In this document: positions 38,250 to 53,306 of the stretch, one piece after another | Position numbering within the stretch: position 1 is the first letter of the stretch | Layout of the letters: every line of letters starts with the position of its first letter | Origin: the human T2T-CHM13v2.0 reference genome, Homo sapiens | Direction: 5' to 3' (one strand) | NCBI RefSeq assembly: GCF_009914755.1 | Contig: NC_060931.1 | Length of the DNA: 64,000 bases | Made by a program: the position numbers and the translations under genes | Notes under the pieces: generated by a model | The model's database searches: none | What the model was told of the DNA's origin: nothing | What the model saw: only the letters and a program-made list of their open reading frames with translations

Positions 38250-39735
38250 TTTATTATTCTTAAAAGTAAATTTAAATAGGCAATACCTTCCCATGCTTCA
38301 GAATTTAAAAGTATAAAAGTATACATGTTAAACATCTCCTTAAAACTCCTCTCCAATAGATACCCTGTTACCTTTCCCACAGGTTAATTTATATCATTAG
38401 TTTCTTATATATCATTCTAGAAATTTTTTGGCATATATAAGCAAATATATATATATATTCTTTTTTTTCCTGTTTTACACAGATGGTAACATTATGAACA
38501 CTGTTCTGAACATCATTTTTTTTTCATTTTGTATATCATGGAGTTTTATTTCTTCTTTCTTTGTTATGGCAAGAGTATTACGTTGTATTGTTACACCATA
38601 ATTTATATAACCAGTCCTGTGTTGATATGCATTCATGTTGTTTCTAGTCCTTTGTTATCACAAGCAATGCCACAGTATAACCATCCTTGCATGCATGTGC
38701 TAATATGTCTGTAAGATAAATTTCTGGCAGTGGCGTTTGCAGGCCAAACCGTTATATTCCAGGGTTTGTGCATTTGTAGTTTTGATGGATACTGCCTTAG
38801 TTCATTTTTTGCTGCTATAACAGAATATCATAGACTGGATAATTTATAAAGAACAAAAGCATATTTGGCTCATGCTTCTAGAGACTGGAAAGTCCCAGAG
38901 CATGGCACTGGCATCTGGTGAGGGTCATTCCGTAGCAGAAGGGCAAAAGGCAGAAATGAACACAGGAGACAGAAATATGGGCCTGAATTTATTCTTTTAT
39001 TCTGAGCTCACTCCTGTGATAACTAATTCATTCCCGTGATAGGAATACTAGTTCATGCATGAGGACTCTGCCTCTTGAAGGTTCTACCTGTCAACCCTCT
39101 TACAATGGCAATTAAATTTCAACATGAGTTATGGTGCAGATGTTCAAGCCATAGCATTGCCATACTGCCCACCATAGTGTACCATTTTACACTTTTACCA
39201 AGTAATGTTCTTCATTCTTTACATTCTTATCAATACATTGTGTTAACAAATTCTTGACTCATTCCCATTCTGATATGTAAAAATGTTTTAGTTTGAATTT
39301 ATATTTCTCTTGTGAGATTGCACGTTTTCATATATTGAAGAACTTTTTATATTTCCTTTTCTGCAACCTGTCTCCTCGTATTATTTTGAATAATTTTCAG
39401 TTGCCTCTTTTTTCCCCCTTACTGATTTCTAGGATTTTTTTTTTTAATCTGGGAATACAGCAATTTGAGATATGAGCTTCCAATTTTTTTCCCATTTATA
39501 CTTTGGCTTTCCTTAGCATAATTTTTGCCATGCAGAAATATTTAATCTTTATTTTATTTAGTATAACAAACTTTTCTTCGATGGATTCTACATTTGTGAC
39601 ACAGTTATAAAAGACTTCCACCAGCTGAGGTTATAAATGAGGAATTTTATCATAATTTTAAAATAACTTTTATAGTTTGTTTTACATTTAAATTTTCAAT
39701 TTGTTTGGCAATTATCTAGGCATAGGTTATGAGGA
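38250..39735 (-). mobile_element. Old L1ME-like 3' region, split by an MST LTR
   Basis: Antisense L1M motifs (ACCATAATTTATATAACCAGTCC, GTTGTTTCTAGT, TTTGCCATGCAGAA, TTTACATTTAA). Confidence 0.7.
38793..39156 (-). mobile_element. MST-family (MSTB/C-like) MaLR solo LTR
   Basis: TGCCTTAGTTCATTTT.TGCTGCTATAACAGAATA...AAATTTCAACATGAG...CAAGCCATAGCA. Confidence 0.85.
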
Positions 39736-41651
39736 AATCATTCGACTTCTGCCTTGCGTTTGTTTTATTTATGACTTCACTATTTCAACCAGTTTTCATT
39801 GAGTATCATTTATGTACCAGGAAATTAGGTGGGTGTCCCTCATAGAGCATATTAAAACTTAGTTGGATGACTAGGATTTCCAAAACAAATAATGAATGAA
39901 AAAGCATAAGAAGTGTTATGGTAGAGATGTTTGGGAATGCATAGACAGGAATGATTCATCCTTTCTTTGTATGGGAAAGAACAGGACTCAGAATAAGGAA
40001 ATATTTATACCACACTCATTTTTGAAATCAGGAATATCTTAAAACAGTTTAGTTTTATGAAACTGAAGGATTTATTTAGAAGAACAGATACAGTCTGAAT
40101 TAGAATGTTGATGTACCGTGTGAATAGATCAACTGATATGATTCACGTTTGTTAAGACTGGCAGCTTTCTACTGATATTTTTTAGCAAAGTAAAAATAAG
40201 TAAGCAAATAAATAGGGCTAAGAAAACTAATTTGAGAGAGTCAGTTTTCAAGATGTTGGAGAGGGTAGTAATATGAGAACACAAACTTCCCAACTGTGTG
40301 ATTTTGGAACTCCCTTTGAGAAAAAAAAGAATAATTAATAAAGATTTTTTTTTAAAAGGCCAGATTAATAATTAAGCAAGAAAAGCCTCAGATAACTTGA
40401 AAGGTGAGAGAATAAATTGCCAGGTGATAACAATAAAGAAATTTAATCATGTCCACGAATGTATAATACTTTGTACAGCCAATAAAAGCAAGTAAGAATT
40501 TTCAGTCCTGTAGAGGACTTTAATGCAAGGGACAACAAATATGTTAGATATGCCCAAAGGACATGACTAGTAAGAGAAGCGCTTCAGTTTTGAAAGTAAG
40601 ATAAAATGTGTAAGTTGACATAATCTTTAGGAAAGTGAATACAGTTCCCATGTTAGGTACAAGCAGGCAGTTATTTTCAACTAGAAAGATATGAAAGTCT
40701 TTTAAAAACCAAGTGTAGATATGTAACTTTATTATTAAACATGCATTCATTCAGTGTTACTGAGAGAGTAAAGAATTAGGAAGATAATATTGAGGAAAGA
40801 TGTGTGGATTATATTTCAAATGTATATACGTAGGTATGTGTGTGTAAGACACACACACATAATGGTGGAGTGTTGGGTTTTGTTTCCAGAGAACCAAAAG
40901 AAGTATAAAATATTTAACTATCCTTCAAATTTTGACAGTCTTTTGCCTTTCATTCATGAAGATGAATATTATTCTTTTCCTTCGTAATCAAATGCCCAGG
41001 TTTCCAGGCTGCTTCCAGTGAATGTGTGGCTTCTGCTAGAGATTCTGTATTTTACAGATTCTATATTTTACATCTCTGTCACCGTTGGAATATGTTTATG
41101 AGATCTGGGCTTATCACCAGTGTACATACTTGTCTTTCTGTTCGCCACTAATTTTTATAAGATAATGGCGGAACGCAATAAAATATCACATAGTTGCCTA
41201 GCCCCTTCTGTACCAAGATGTCAGTGCTGCCGAAATTGAATTGTGAGTTGGCAGGAGAGGCTGCTGTGGATTAGCAGGAAATATTTGACAGTTCAAATTT
41301 GGTATACAGAAGTTAGCAGTGTCAATATATAATGTATAATAGTTGGCACAGTGTCAATATATAATGTATAATAGATGACCTCATGCATTTAGAGCCTCTG
41401 TACACTTTTAATATTGTCAGGAAGAGGGGCTGCCGGGGCTTTTTAGACTGAAGATTGGGACTTGGAGGTCTTACAGTCTCACCAGTTAGTGATCATCCAG
41501 TTTAGTCACATTATTTTATAGTAGGAGAGTGAAACCTAAAGAAGTAATTTTTCTGTGTGTACAAAGCAAATTTGGTGGCAGAGATTAACAGGCAGGTTTT
41601 CTGTCTTGTTTCATTGCTTTTCTTTCAGCACATGTCGTGCTCTTTCACCAT

Positions 41652-41810
41652 CGTGGTTTTCAGCTCTCAGTGTACCATGTGTGATTCTTGGGAAAAGTGC
41701 AGATAACCTGATCTCCAACCTCAGAGATTTTGATTTAGCTGGTCTGGGATATGAGCCCAAGAATCTCAGATGCAGATGGCTCTTGTGGCAGGCACACTTT
41801 GAGAAGGCTA
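41652..41810. mobile_element. MER5-type hAT fragment flanked by MIR pieces
   Basis: CCTCAGAGATTTTGATTTAGCTGGTCTGGG...CACACTTTGAGAA. Confidence 0.6.
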
Positions 41811-42514
41811 GACCATGTCATGCGTGAAACTGAAATACATAGAAGTTAAATATCCAAGGTCACACATGTAGGAAATGGGGAAACCAGGACTCTTATCCAC
41901 TCCTCAATATTTTTTTTTGATGTATGGTTTTTCGCATTCTAGAAATTGAAGTGACTCACTCTACCTAGAGGTTTGGAACAAGATTTAAGAAGCATCTAAA
42001 ATCAACATGATGCCAGTTCTTAGGCTGATGTGTGTTTATTAATAAGAAGTAAAATTGTCCAGCATGAGCCAGCTTTAATTAGGCATTTTAAAGAAGTAAG
42101 ACTGTGCTACTTAATATTTGAAAATTGATTTAATTTAGAACTGATTATCAATGGTGATTTAAGTATTGGTATCCCATCTTTACTCCTGTTGAGCAACCTG
42201 GGTGGCCTTATCTTCCGTGACAGTGGAATTTACAATTATTTCAAACTCTGCCTTTAAGTAACTTAGAATCTTCTAGAAGATACAACTTATAAACAGATTT
42301 AAAGAACGATATTTTTTAAAGTGATTATTAAATGATTACTTATGTAGCTCTAGATCATGTAATGGTTTAGAGGAGGAGAGAAAAGTTTCAGAACTGTGTT
42401 GCAATAAGCCCCTTTGATGGGGCTTAACTTGAAAGGGAGCCCTTGTCTGATCAAATGACATCAGACAGAAGGGAGCCAGTGAGTGTGGAAATTACTAATA
42501 AAAATGAAGAAACG

Positions 42515-43192
42515 TGTCTTCACCCTTTTGTGCCAATTTCTCAAAATACCACAGATTGAGTAATTTATAAAAAAGAGAAATTTAGGCCAGGCCCAGTGGC
42601 TTATGCCTGTAATCCCAGCATTTTGAGAGTCTGAGGCAGGCGGATCACCTGAGGTCAGGAGTTTGAGACCATCCTGGCCAACATGGTGAATCTCTACTAA
42701 ATATACAAAAACTTAGCCAGGCATGGTGTCATGCGCCTGTAGTCCTAGGTACTTGGGAGGCTGAGGCCAGGCATGAGAACCACTTGAACCCAGGAGTCAG
42801 CGGTTGCAGTGAGCCAAGATGGCACCACTGCATGCCAGCCTGGGTGACAGAGTGAGACTTTGCCTCAAAGCAAAAAAAAAAAAAAAAAGATTAATTTTCT
42901 CACTGTTCCAGAGGCTGGAAAGTCTGAGACCAAGGTGCTGACAGGTTTGGCTGTTTGGCTGTCTGGTAAGAGCTGCATTCTCCAGTGAGGAGGACACTCA
43001 GGGGTCCTGACGTGGTGAAAGGCAGAAGAGTAAAAGAGCTGAAAGCTGCAATAATTTTGTTTTTCTAAGTAACATAATCTCATTCATAAGTGAGGACCCT
43101 CATGGCCTAATCACTTCCGAAAGGCACTAGGTCTTAATATCGTCACATTGGCAACACCGGAATTTTAAAAGGGATACTTTGAAACCATAGCA
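42515..43192 (-). mobile_element. MST-family (MSTD-like) solo LTR split by an Alu
   Basis: AAAATACCACAGATTGAGTAATTTATAAA | TTTCTCACTGTTCCAGAGGCTGGAAAGTC...CCCTCATGGCCTAATCAC...AAACCATAGCA. Confidence 0.85.
42585..42888 (+). mobile_element. Alu (AluSx-type)
   Basis: GGATCACCTGAGGTCAGGAGTTTGAGACC; poly-A tail. Confidence 0.95.
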
Positions 43193-44852
43193 GAAGGTTA
43201 ATGAAAAATTAGTATTTGCTGGGAAGGTAGGCACAGGGATTTTCTTTGTTAGTGAGTTACTGGGTGAAAATATACAGTGGTGTATACAAAATATACAATG
43301 ACTGTAATGAAAGTGTGGTAGTGTTTGTGAATAAAGAATTTAAGTGTCAATAGGTATCAAAGAAAGGAGGCAATTATTTGGATGGTCATACTTGTGCTTA
43401 GAGGTTCTTTACTGCACCACCCCAGTCTGTTTACTTTTGTTTCTACATTGTTACAGCTTATTGGAATAACTCAGATTCTTGTCTGAAATGCTTTGTCAAT
43501 TCCTCCAAATTTGCACCAAGGCAAACAGTAAATCTGAATCATAGTAGTGAATAATTGAACAGGCTAAAACATGAACTGGAAAAGATGACTGGAACTGAAA
43601 AATCAATAAGCTTAGGGAAAAAAACTTGTAAAAGCTTATTCAATATAAAAAAAATAAATCAAGAATAATAAATATCCAAGTTGCTTCTATAATCGTTTTA
43701 CTTTGAACAATATAAATTTTTTTTAAAAAAATTGATAGTCTTCCTGTGTGTACAGGAAAGATTTCTAGCATTTGAAAGGTTACAGCAGAATAAAGGAAGT
43801 ACAAGCAAAAAAATACATAAAAATAATTCCTTCCAGCATAACAAAAATCGCTTTCATGAAATGATAAACTTTAGTGTAGATACATTATTGAATTGAAGAG
43901 CCGTTGGCATTCCAGGGAAGCTTTTGGGGTCCTTAAATGTCATTCCACTGAAACAGCATGATTGTGATTGCTGATTAATAGTCCAAGAATAGTGATATCT
44001 GAATATGGTCTATAGTGATTTAAAAAGGCTTATGACCAGCTTCTCATTTGAAACTTCTAGACAGTTTTCAATTTAATAATCTTAGTTTCCCACTATGAAA
44101 ATGAGGATTGCTTGGGGAAAAGAGTCTGTTATTTTTGAATTTTTGAGTTAGACGTCTTCCATTCACCAGAAAGCACTATCCAGATTCTAAGATTATGTTT
44201 CAGGATATAACCATATGGCAAAGCACTTACTATATATAGGTAATTTGAAACTATACCAGTTCTAAAACAAACAAATAAAAGGATGTGGTCATGTATAGCA
44301 GTGGTAATACATGAATAGTTAGATCTTGTGTATAGTTAATATGTTTCTGTGGAGTTGTCTGATTAATACAAACAAAAAAATACTAATCTGTGATATATAG
44401 GATACTTACCACTTTATGTATATTGTTAGAGATGGAAGCAACCGCATTTTTACAGAATGGCAAAACTTAGTTCTGGAGAGGTGAATTGACTAGCTATTGA
44501 CAGAGATAAATAGGCACCAGATCTTTTGGGCACCAGTGCAGATAAACCATGATGCTACTTAGAAGAATAGAGGAAGAACCAGTTTCAGCGCCAGATAGTA
44601 TGCTTAGGATAGCCCTTCACTCACCTCATTGCCTTCTCTGATAAGTCATCATCTCTGGTCCTCTACTTAGGCCCATTTAGTTGAGGTATCACCAGAGGCA
44701 GCTTCTGTAATGGGGAGTCAGGTACCTGGAAAGCTGTGGTAATACGCCCCAAAGTATACAGTCCTGTGGAACTTGGTGCATTTACAGTCACGTCTTCTTT
44801 CTTTCCTCCTTTCCTTCCTTCCCCTCTCTCCCCTCCCCTCCTCTCTTTTCTT

Positions 44853-45010
44853 CTTTTGAGGCAAGGTTTCTCTCTGTTGTCCAGGCTCTGTTGTGCAGTG
44901 GCATGGTCATAGCTCACTCACTACAACCTTCCACCCCCGGCCTCTAGTGATCCTCCCACCTTGGCCTCACAAAGTGCTGGGATTAGAGGCATGAGCCATT
45001 GCACCTTGCC
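44853..45010 (-). mobile_element. Monomeric old Alu (J-type; left-arm 5' part joined to right-arm 3' part) with CT-rich tail 44793-44857
   Basis: TGCAGTGGCATGGTCATAGCTCAC...GATCCTCCCACCTTGGCCTC.CAAAGTGCTGGGATTA.AGGCATGAGCCA. Confidence 0.8.
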
Positions 45011-45377
45011 AAGCCAGGTCTTTAACTGCCAGCCTACGGTTTGATTCATTGCTGTCAGCATTGTAGGTTCCTGTGTTAAGTACAAATTAACAATGTTGGG
45101 GACTTCATGTATTTCTACTGTGTAGAGAGATTCTTCAGCTTTGTGAAATCTTAAAATACCTTTGGTTACATGTTATTTTTTCCAGTTATTATTTAGTATA
45201 TCTAAAACATTTTGTATTCTCACAGTGCTTCTTAATATCATGAGTTATTAAGTAAGACTGCTAATAAGTTGCTGTGCTTATTAATAGTTTGTAATTATTA
45301 ATTATTTATGACTGATATCTGATGTAAGTAGAAAGTGTGTAATATATATAAGAAGTAGCTCTGGCTCTTGAAAAGAG

Positions 45378-45515
45378 AGTGTGTGTGTATGTTTGTGCAC
45401 ACGTATGTGTGTACATGCATGTATATGTATACATGCATAATCATATACTCATGTATAATTATATATGATTTATATAAATATGAACTCTATATACATACAT
45501 GTTTACACATACACC
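45378..45515. repeat. Degenerate (TG)/(TA)/(CA) low-complexity tract
   Basis: Directly visible. Confidence 0.8.
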
Positions 45516-48500
45516 AAAATGCACACACTTACTTGCTTTCTTAGATATTTAGGGAATGAATTAGATTGAATCTAGATTATAAGCTTCTTCACTAAGGGGT
45601 TTGCTTCTTGAGGGTAGACATTTTCTCTTGTTCTTTTTACTTAATAGACACTGAATAAAACATTTGTTACTTGCCCTGATTTTGGGACTGGGTAAATTGT
45701 TATATTTCTCTAAAGGATAATTCAGGTCAGCGTACTTTGTGTGTGTATAAGCCAGTCACTTTGTCTAGAGGATTGCTGAGCTGCAACCACTGATAGCTGC
45801 CTTGACCCTGAAGTATCTGTTCTTTACACGAATGAAGAATGAAGCTCGTGGTCAGCATGACCATTGCTTCTCAGAAATGTAAATTTTCTCACTCTTGTGA
45901 ATATCATACTTACACCTCATGCTGGCTACTCTCCTCTTCTTCTCTTCATGATTTTTCTCATTATAACTTTGTCCGTTGCACCCAGATACATCCGAAAAGT
46001 TGTCACCTGCAGAGATGCTATTTGGTGAAGATTTGAAACCTCTTAACGGTTAAGAGTGTCCTTTATCTTCAGCGTTGATGACAAACCTGTTACAAACAAA
46101 TTTTTGGATGGGATATTGTAATACAAATGAAACTGTTTGTGAAACAGATGACCTGATTGTTTCATATGCGTTTATATTATCTGTATTGGTGATGTGCTCC
46201 ACAGGATCAGATAATTATGATAATACACACGTGTTGAAAAGAGATGCATTCAATTCACAGCTATGGAAGTTTTAAATTGATTTTTTTTTCCCCAAAAGAA
46301 GTCAGAATGTATTCATTTTTTCTCGTCATTTCCTTCTTAGCTTAGAGTTACCCCTTGTGGCTTCCTAATTTCATTGCTACCACATTGTCCGAGTCTTCAT
46401 CACCTGAAACCTGAGTTACTGTACACTTAATGCTTGTCTCTCCTGTTTCTGGTTCATTCTATATACTGTATACTTCAGCACACATTTATTTACCATGGTG
46501 GTGATAGTGGTGATAAGATTTTAGTTCTAGACTAGAAGGCATAATCCATCAAAAAGTGCACAAGAGAGGTATTGGTTTGTAATTTTTAGAACACTAACTT
46601 TAAAATAGTCCCCCACCCAGTTAAAAAATAATTGTGGACCTATAACATATACAATACTGCTTTAGATGGTGAAAACATTTAATATATTTATTGAATTGAA
46701 ATAGTTTGTTGATTTAAAAATTCTGCTATGATGGTAGGATAGGGTAATGGGACAATTCTAGAGAGGAGCACATCTGGTATGTGGCATGTTCATTGTCCGA
46801 AGAGAACCAGTTCTGGTAATGAGTAGAGCATTTCTTGAAATTAACATTGTAATAAGCACAGCAAAGCAAAGAGGGTTTAAATCATAGTGGTGCCTCTCTC
46901 CTCCCTGGCTTCCCTGATGCCCAGTGGTATACAATTCAGAAATATCTGATGAGTGGTTATAACATTTCTCTGATTTTCCCCTTTCTTTTCTTCATCTCCA
47001 GGTTCATCTTAAATGAACCTCTCCTTGGTCCCATAAGGCCAGTCTGTTTTTGCATTCCTCAGTTCTGATTTCTTTTGGCAGGAGGACTACATGTGGTTGA
47101 CAGATTATATCTGAAAAGGGCTCTGGTAATTGCTCGTTCTCTTCAGTGACTGTGTTGCTGACAGATGGGCACAGTGAATATTGAAAGTGTTCTGGACCTC
47201 CGCTTACTCCTTCAGCTCATGAGTGCTGAGCACTGCCAGCACTTTTCTTATTATCTATTAGCAAATTTAAAAAGAATTGCTTGGATCTTTACATCTTTTT
47301 GGACCTATAACTAAATCACATGTATGGCTAGGTTCTTTCCCACCTCTTCTACCCCCAACCCCCGTTATGTATTTTTTGGAATAGAGAAAATTCTCAAGAT
47401 GTTAATGCAGGCTGGCATGAATGGGTGCCAATAGTTCTTACAGACTTGTTAAAAGATTTATTTTTTGCCTGAGAATTACACATATGGCCTAGAATGATAA
47501 TATTAGGATCTGTGTTGGTTGAGATAATTGGCAGATCACACCTTAAGAAAAGTGATTGGTTGGCTTGTTTCTTTCATTTTAATCTGTTGTCTCCGTCACA
47601 GTCAAATTAGCATTATGTAGTATATTACTACACTTAAAAAATTATTTAACCCATTTATAGAGGGCATCTGTCGGTTGCATTTGATTTATTTAAAACGTTT
47701 TCTTACATGGCCAATTTAGTAACAGCAAGCAAAACCAAAATGAGCAAAGGAGAGGATCCCAATAATCCCAGATCTATAAAGCGGATTTCTCAAGGGGGTA
47801 GAGATAACCACCTAGCTATTGCTAAATGTGATCTCACTCAGTTGAAAAAGAAACAATCAGAAGTGAGCAATGGGAGCCGTGAAACCATCTCAATGAAGAC
47901 TTGTTGCCAACATGGAGATAGAGGATATTGGTCTACAGGGTACTATTGGAGAGGTAACTGTGAGGCTTTTACACCCAGACAGCCCTTCTGTGCATGGCAA
48001 GTTTTACTGAACTCCTCGAGATTTAGGGCCAATTAATTCATCTGTTTTAAGATGAATTCATCGGGTAATGTGTTTTAAGATTAAATTAACTTGTTTGTTC
48101 TTGCTTTCCAGATCTCTTATTCACTGCATGTGTGTATGTGGGTAGGTGAGTGAGAGTGAGAAAGATAATATGCCCGGGGTTGGATGTCTGTTTTCATTTA
48201 TTATTAAGTAGAAGAAGATGCTCACATACTTGTAGGTACAGAAGCTTCAACATAGCAGTCTTTCACAGTGTGAGTTATGATAGACGCAATCTAAGAGTAA
48301 ATTATAAAAGTGATAGGGCCGGAACAGACTTTTATTAAATTTTGGGTAATATTGTAGATTAGAAAAGTAAAATGTGTTACCTCTACTTATCTTTAAACAT
48401 TCACTCTATTTAATGTATTCATCAGACCTCAGGAAGCTTGCAAGTATATTCTGAAGTTACAAATTTGTATTTTCTTTGTAAGTAATATTTAGTAATATTT

Positions 48501-48674
48501 TCCTTTATAAAAAACTTTTAAAGTCTAAAAATGCCACTGTGTGTCAATGTCCTGTATCACCTCTCTCTCAATTTTCGTTCTCTTTCTTCTAATAACTATT
48601 TCTAAGGAAACTATTTTTACAAATTATTCCAATGATTACTATCAAATTAGAAGATCTCTTAAATAGCATCTAAT

Positions 48675-48815
48675 GTGATTTATAGCAGAGATAACTAAGG
48701 TCCCCAAAAGTTAAGTTACATGTTTAAGATTACACAACAAGTTAAGTCAGAGTATGGAGAGGAACCTAGATCCTCTCATCCTTGTTCAGTCCTTTTGGCT
48801 CTAATGTTGCCTCCT
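48675..48815 (-). mobile_element. MIR fragment
   Basis: AACTAAGGTCCC.AAAAGTTAAGTTAC.TGTTTAAGATTACACA...GAACCTAGATC. Confidence 0.6.
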
Positions 48816-50689
48816 ATCACATTCTCAGTCTGGATGAGTTGGCTGTAAAATATCAAGGGTATGCTCTTTGCAGTCTAATTTAGCAATTATGATCAATGTT
48901 GTCATCCATGTTTTAATAATAGAATTGTAGAGATAAAATTTGTTTTCCGTAGGTCATATATGTAAAAAATGCTCAATACATATTTATTAACTGAGTGAAT
49001 GAAGCTGGTAGTTTTGTTTGACATATGCACTTTTTCTGACTTTCAAAAAAAAAGTTAAAATCAGAAAAGAAACCAAAATGGATCCATCTGGCTTATTTGG
49101 AAGGACATTATTGTGTAATGAAATACCAACGCAGTCACATTATATAAGTCAGTGTTCATTATCACAGACAAATCAGCATGGTAAAGATGATAGATTTTCA
49201 GAATAGCATAGGGATTCTTTTAATAACCCCCTAATAAATAGATGCAAATAGTTTTCCAATTGAACATACCTTTGAATTATTACCCATATTATTGTCTTAA
49301 TTTGTTGAAATTGTTGTATTTTTGTAATGTGATTGCAACATTGCTTTTCAGGAAGAGGAGATTATGATTCTGTATCCCCTTTTGGTCCTATTTATCCCTT
49401 TTAAATCAGTTTCACCTCTCATCTTAGACTTATCGGGATTTTTATGAATGTACCTGACTATCCTTGGTACATAAAAAGAAGACTCTTTTCACTTTACTTA
49501 ATGCTACAAAATTTTGAGTGTAGTTCCCAGATGGCTAATTATTTATTTGGTGACTAAAAATATAGCTTCTTGTTCTCCAGTCACATATGTGATTTTTGGA
49601 TCTTAAGATAAATTTTTATATCTCATATGAGTGATCGTAGAATTTCCAGCCATTATATTTCTTATCACTATGGCTAGCTTGAATATAATAACATGATTTT
49701 AAAATATATATAACCCTGACATGGTGATGTACTTTTGAAAGCTCCTTGTATTAGCAGGTTATTTGTACAGCTGTATCAAAAAGACTTGCCTCACTTCAGA
49801 GGATTATCGATTAATTTGCATAAATGTATTTATGCTTGAGAGTTAAAGTAATGCACTATTAGTTTTATAAAACAGTTGGCATAGCTGTCAAAGTTCTTAA
49901 TGTTCTTTGCAGTGTTACAGCTAGAATTTCCCAGGGCATTGAAAGAAAAAGCAAAGAAAGAAATCTTTAGTAGTGTTACATTCTGCTTGTTCTCCTGGGC
50001 TTGTATTGAAGCACAGGTGTTAAGGTGGTGTTGAAATTAGTCTGGAATCATGAAAAAATAAAATACAACTCTTTGAGGTAGCTAGGGCAAAATGACTTTG
50101 CAGTGCCACGACTGCTCTGCCCCTATCTGAGAAAATGCTTCTTGTGCTCGGTAGCTCTTGTTAACTTGAAAAACTCTAGAATTACATAAATAATGAATGG
50201 ATGCAAAAATTCATTGGTTTTTGTAATGTAGATGAAGGTAAGATGTCCTGTCAGAACTGAAATTTGCATAGTAGAAAAATTTAGTTATCCTATCTTGTTC
50301 TTTAAAGCAATAAATGACTATGAATATTCATGGTCAATTAAAATATTAATGGTATACTGATACTTTAGTTTTAGGTCTCTAGCCATCCATAAAGAGTTTC
50401 ATTTAAACTTGACTAACAGTGAAGGGATACTTTAGCATAGTGTATAATATATTGGCATTTTGTCTCTGAAATGAAAATGTAGTACCTGACATGAGTAAAT
50501 AATTTGCTTACTCTTATAATTCATCATTTCTTTTGATAAGAAAATATTCTCTTCTTGTATAGACTAAAACAGGGACACAGTATGTGTATCTTTTGGTGTT
50601 GAAATACTCTAATGTTTTTAAGCACTAGTATTTATCTTTATCATGTAGTTAGAGTTTCATTTAGTTGCTTCAATTGACTTTTAGACTTA

Positions 50690-51710
<1,021 letters not shown>

Positions 51711-52626
51711 ATATATTGATTTTTAAGTTACAAAAGTTGCGTATTGTAGAGATTCAAACGATTCAGAGAGGTGTAAAGTAAACTTGAAAATCCTTCTTTA
51801 TTTTCCCTTTGACTCTTAAAACATTGATTAACACTGATTGAATCAGATCCAAGATGAGGTTTCAAATTCCTCTAAAAATCTTCCTAAGAAAGCTTTTTAA
51901 TACCTCCCGCACATATGTGTAGATAACTGTCCTTTCTTTTGAGCTTCTCTTTTAAGGTACTGCATCTTAGTGTAGTGACTTCCATTTAGTGAATGCTACT
52001 GAATGTGGATTCGTGTCAGACACTGTACTATCCATATGTTTTTCAACCTTATAGCACCAGCAGTGCCTAAGTCATTGTGCCTGGCAAGTCATAGGTGTTC
52101 AATATAGGTATGATACATGAATACACATGTCCAGTCTGGGAGGAACTTTTCAGGAAGTAACTAACATAGGCCTCTTTCCTTCCGAGTGCTGTATAAGCAG
52201 TCTCATGCTGGTGTTGCTTTGAGCATGCATTTTCCGTGTTGTATAATGTATTGCTTTAGGGTACACACTGGGCCTGTGAAGACTGGGCCTATGTTTCCTG
52301 CTGCTTTTGATACAGGATCAGAAAATGTTTGGACCCCCCAACTGTTCTCTGATTTATTAACACTGGCTCAGAATTATGGAAGTTTGAAGTTGGCTGGAAG
52401 CTATGAGATGATTCACTGAGAACCTTATTTGACAGCTGAAGAGACTGACATAGTCAAAGACTTCTACTGTTGTTAGGAACAGCACTTGTTTTAAACCTTT
52501 ATTTTAGGTCGCGGGTACATGTACAGGTTTGCTAGATAGGTAAATTGCTTGCCACGGGTGTACAGATAATTTCATCATTCAGATGATAAGCATAGTACCC
52601 ACAGGTACTTTTTCATCCTCACCCTC

Positions 52627-53306
<680 letters not shown>

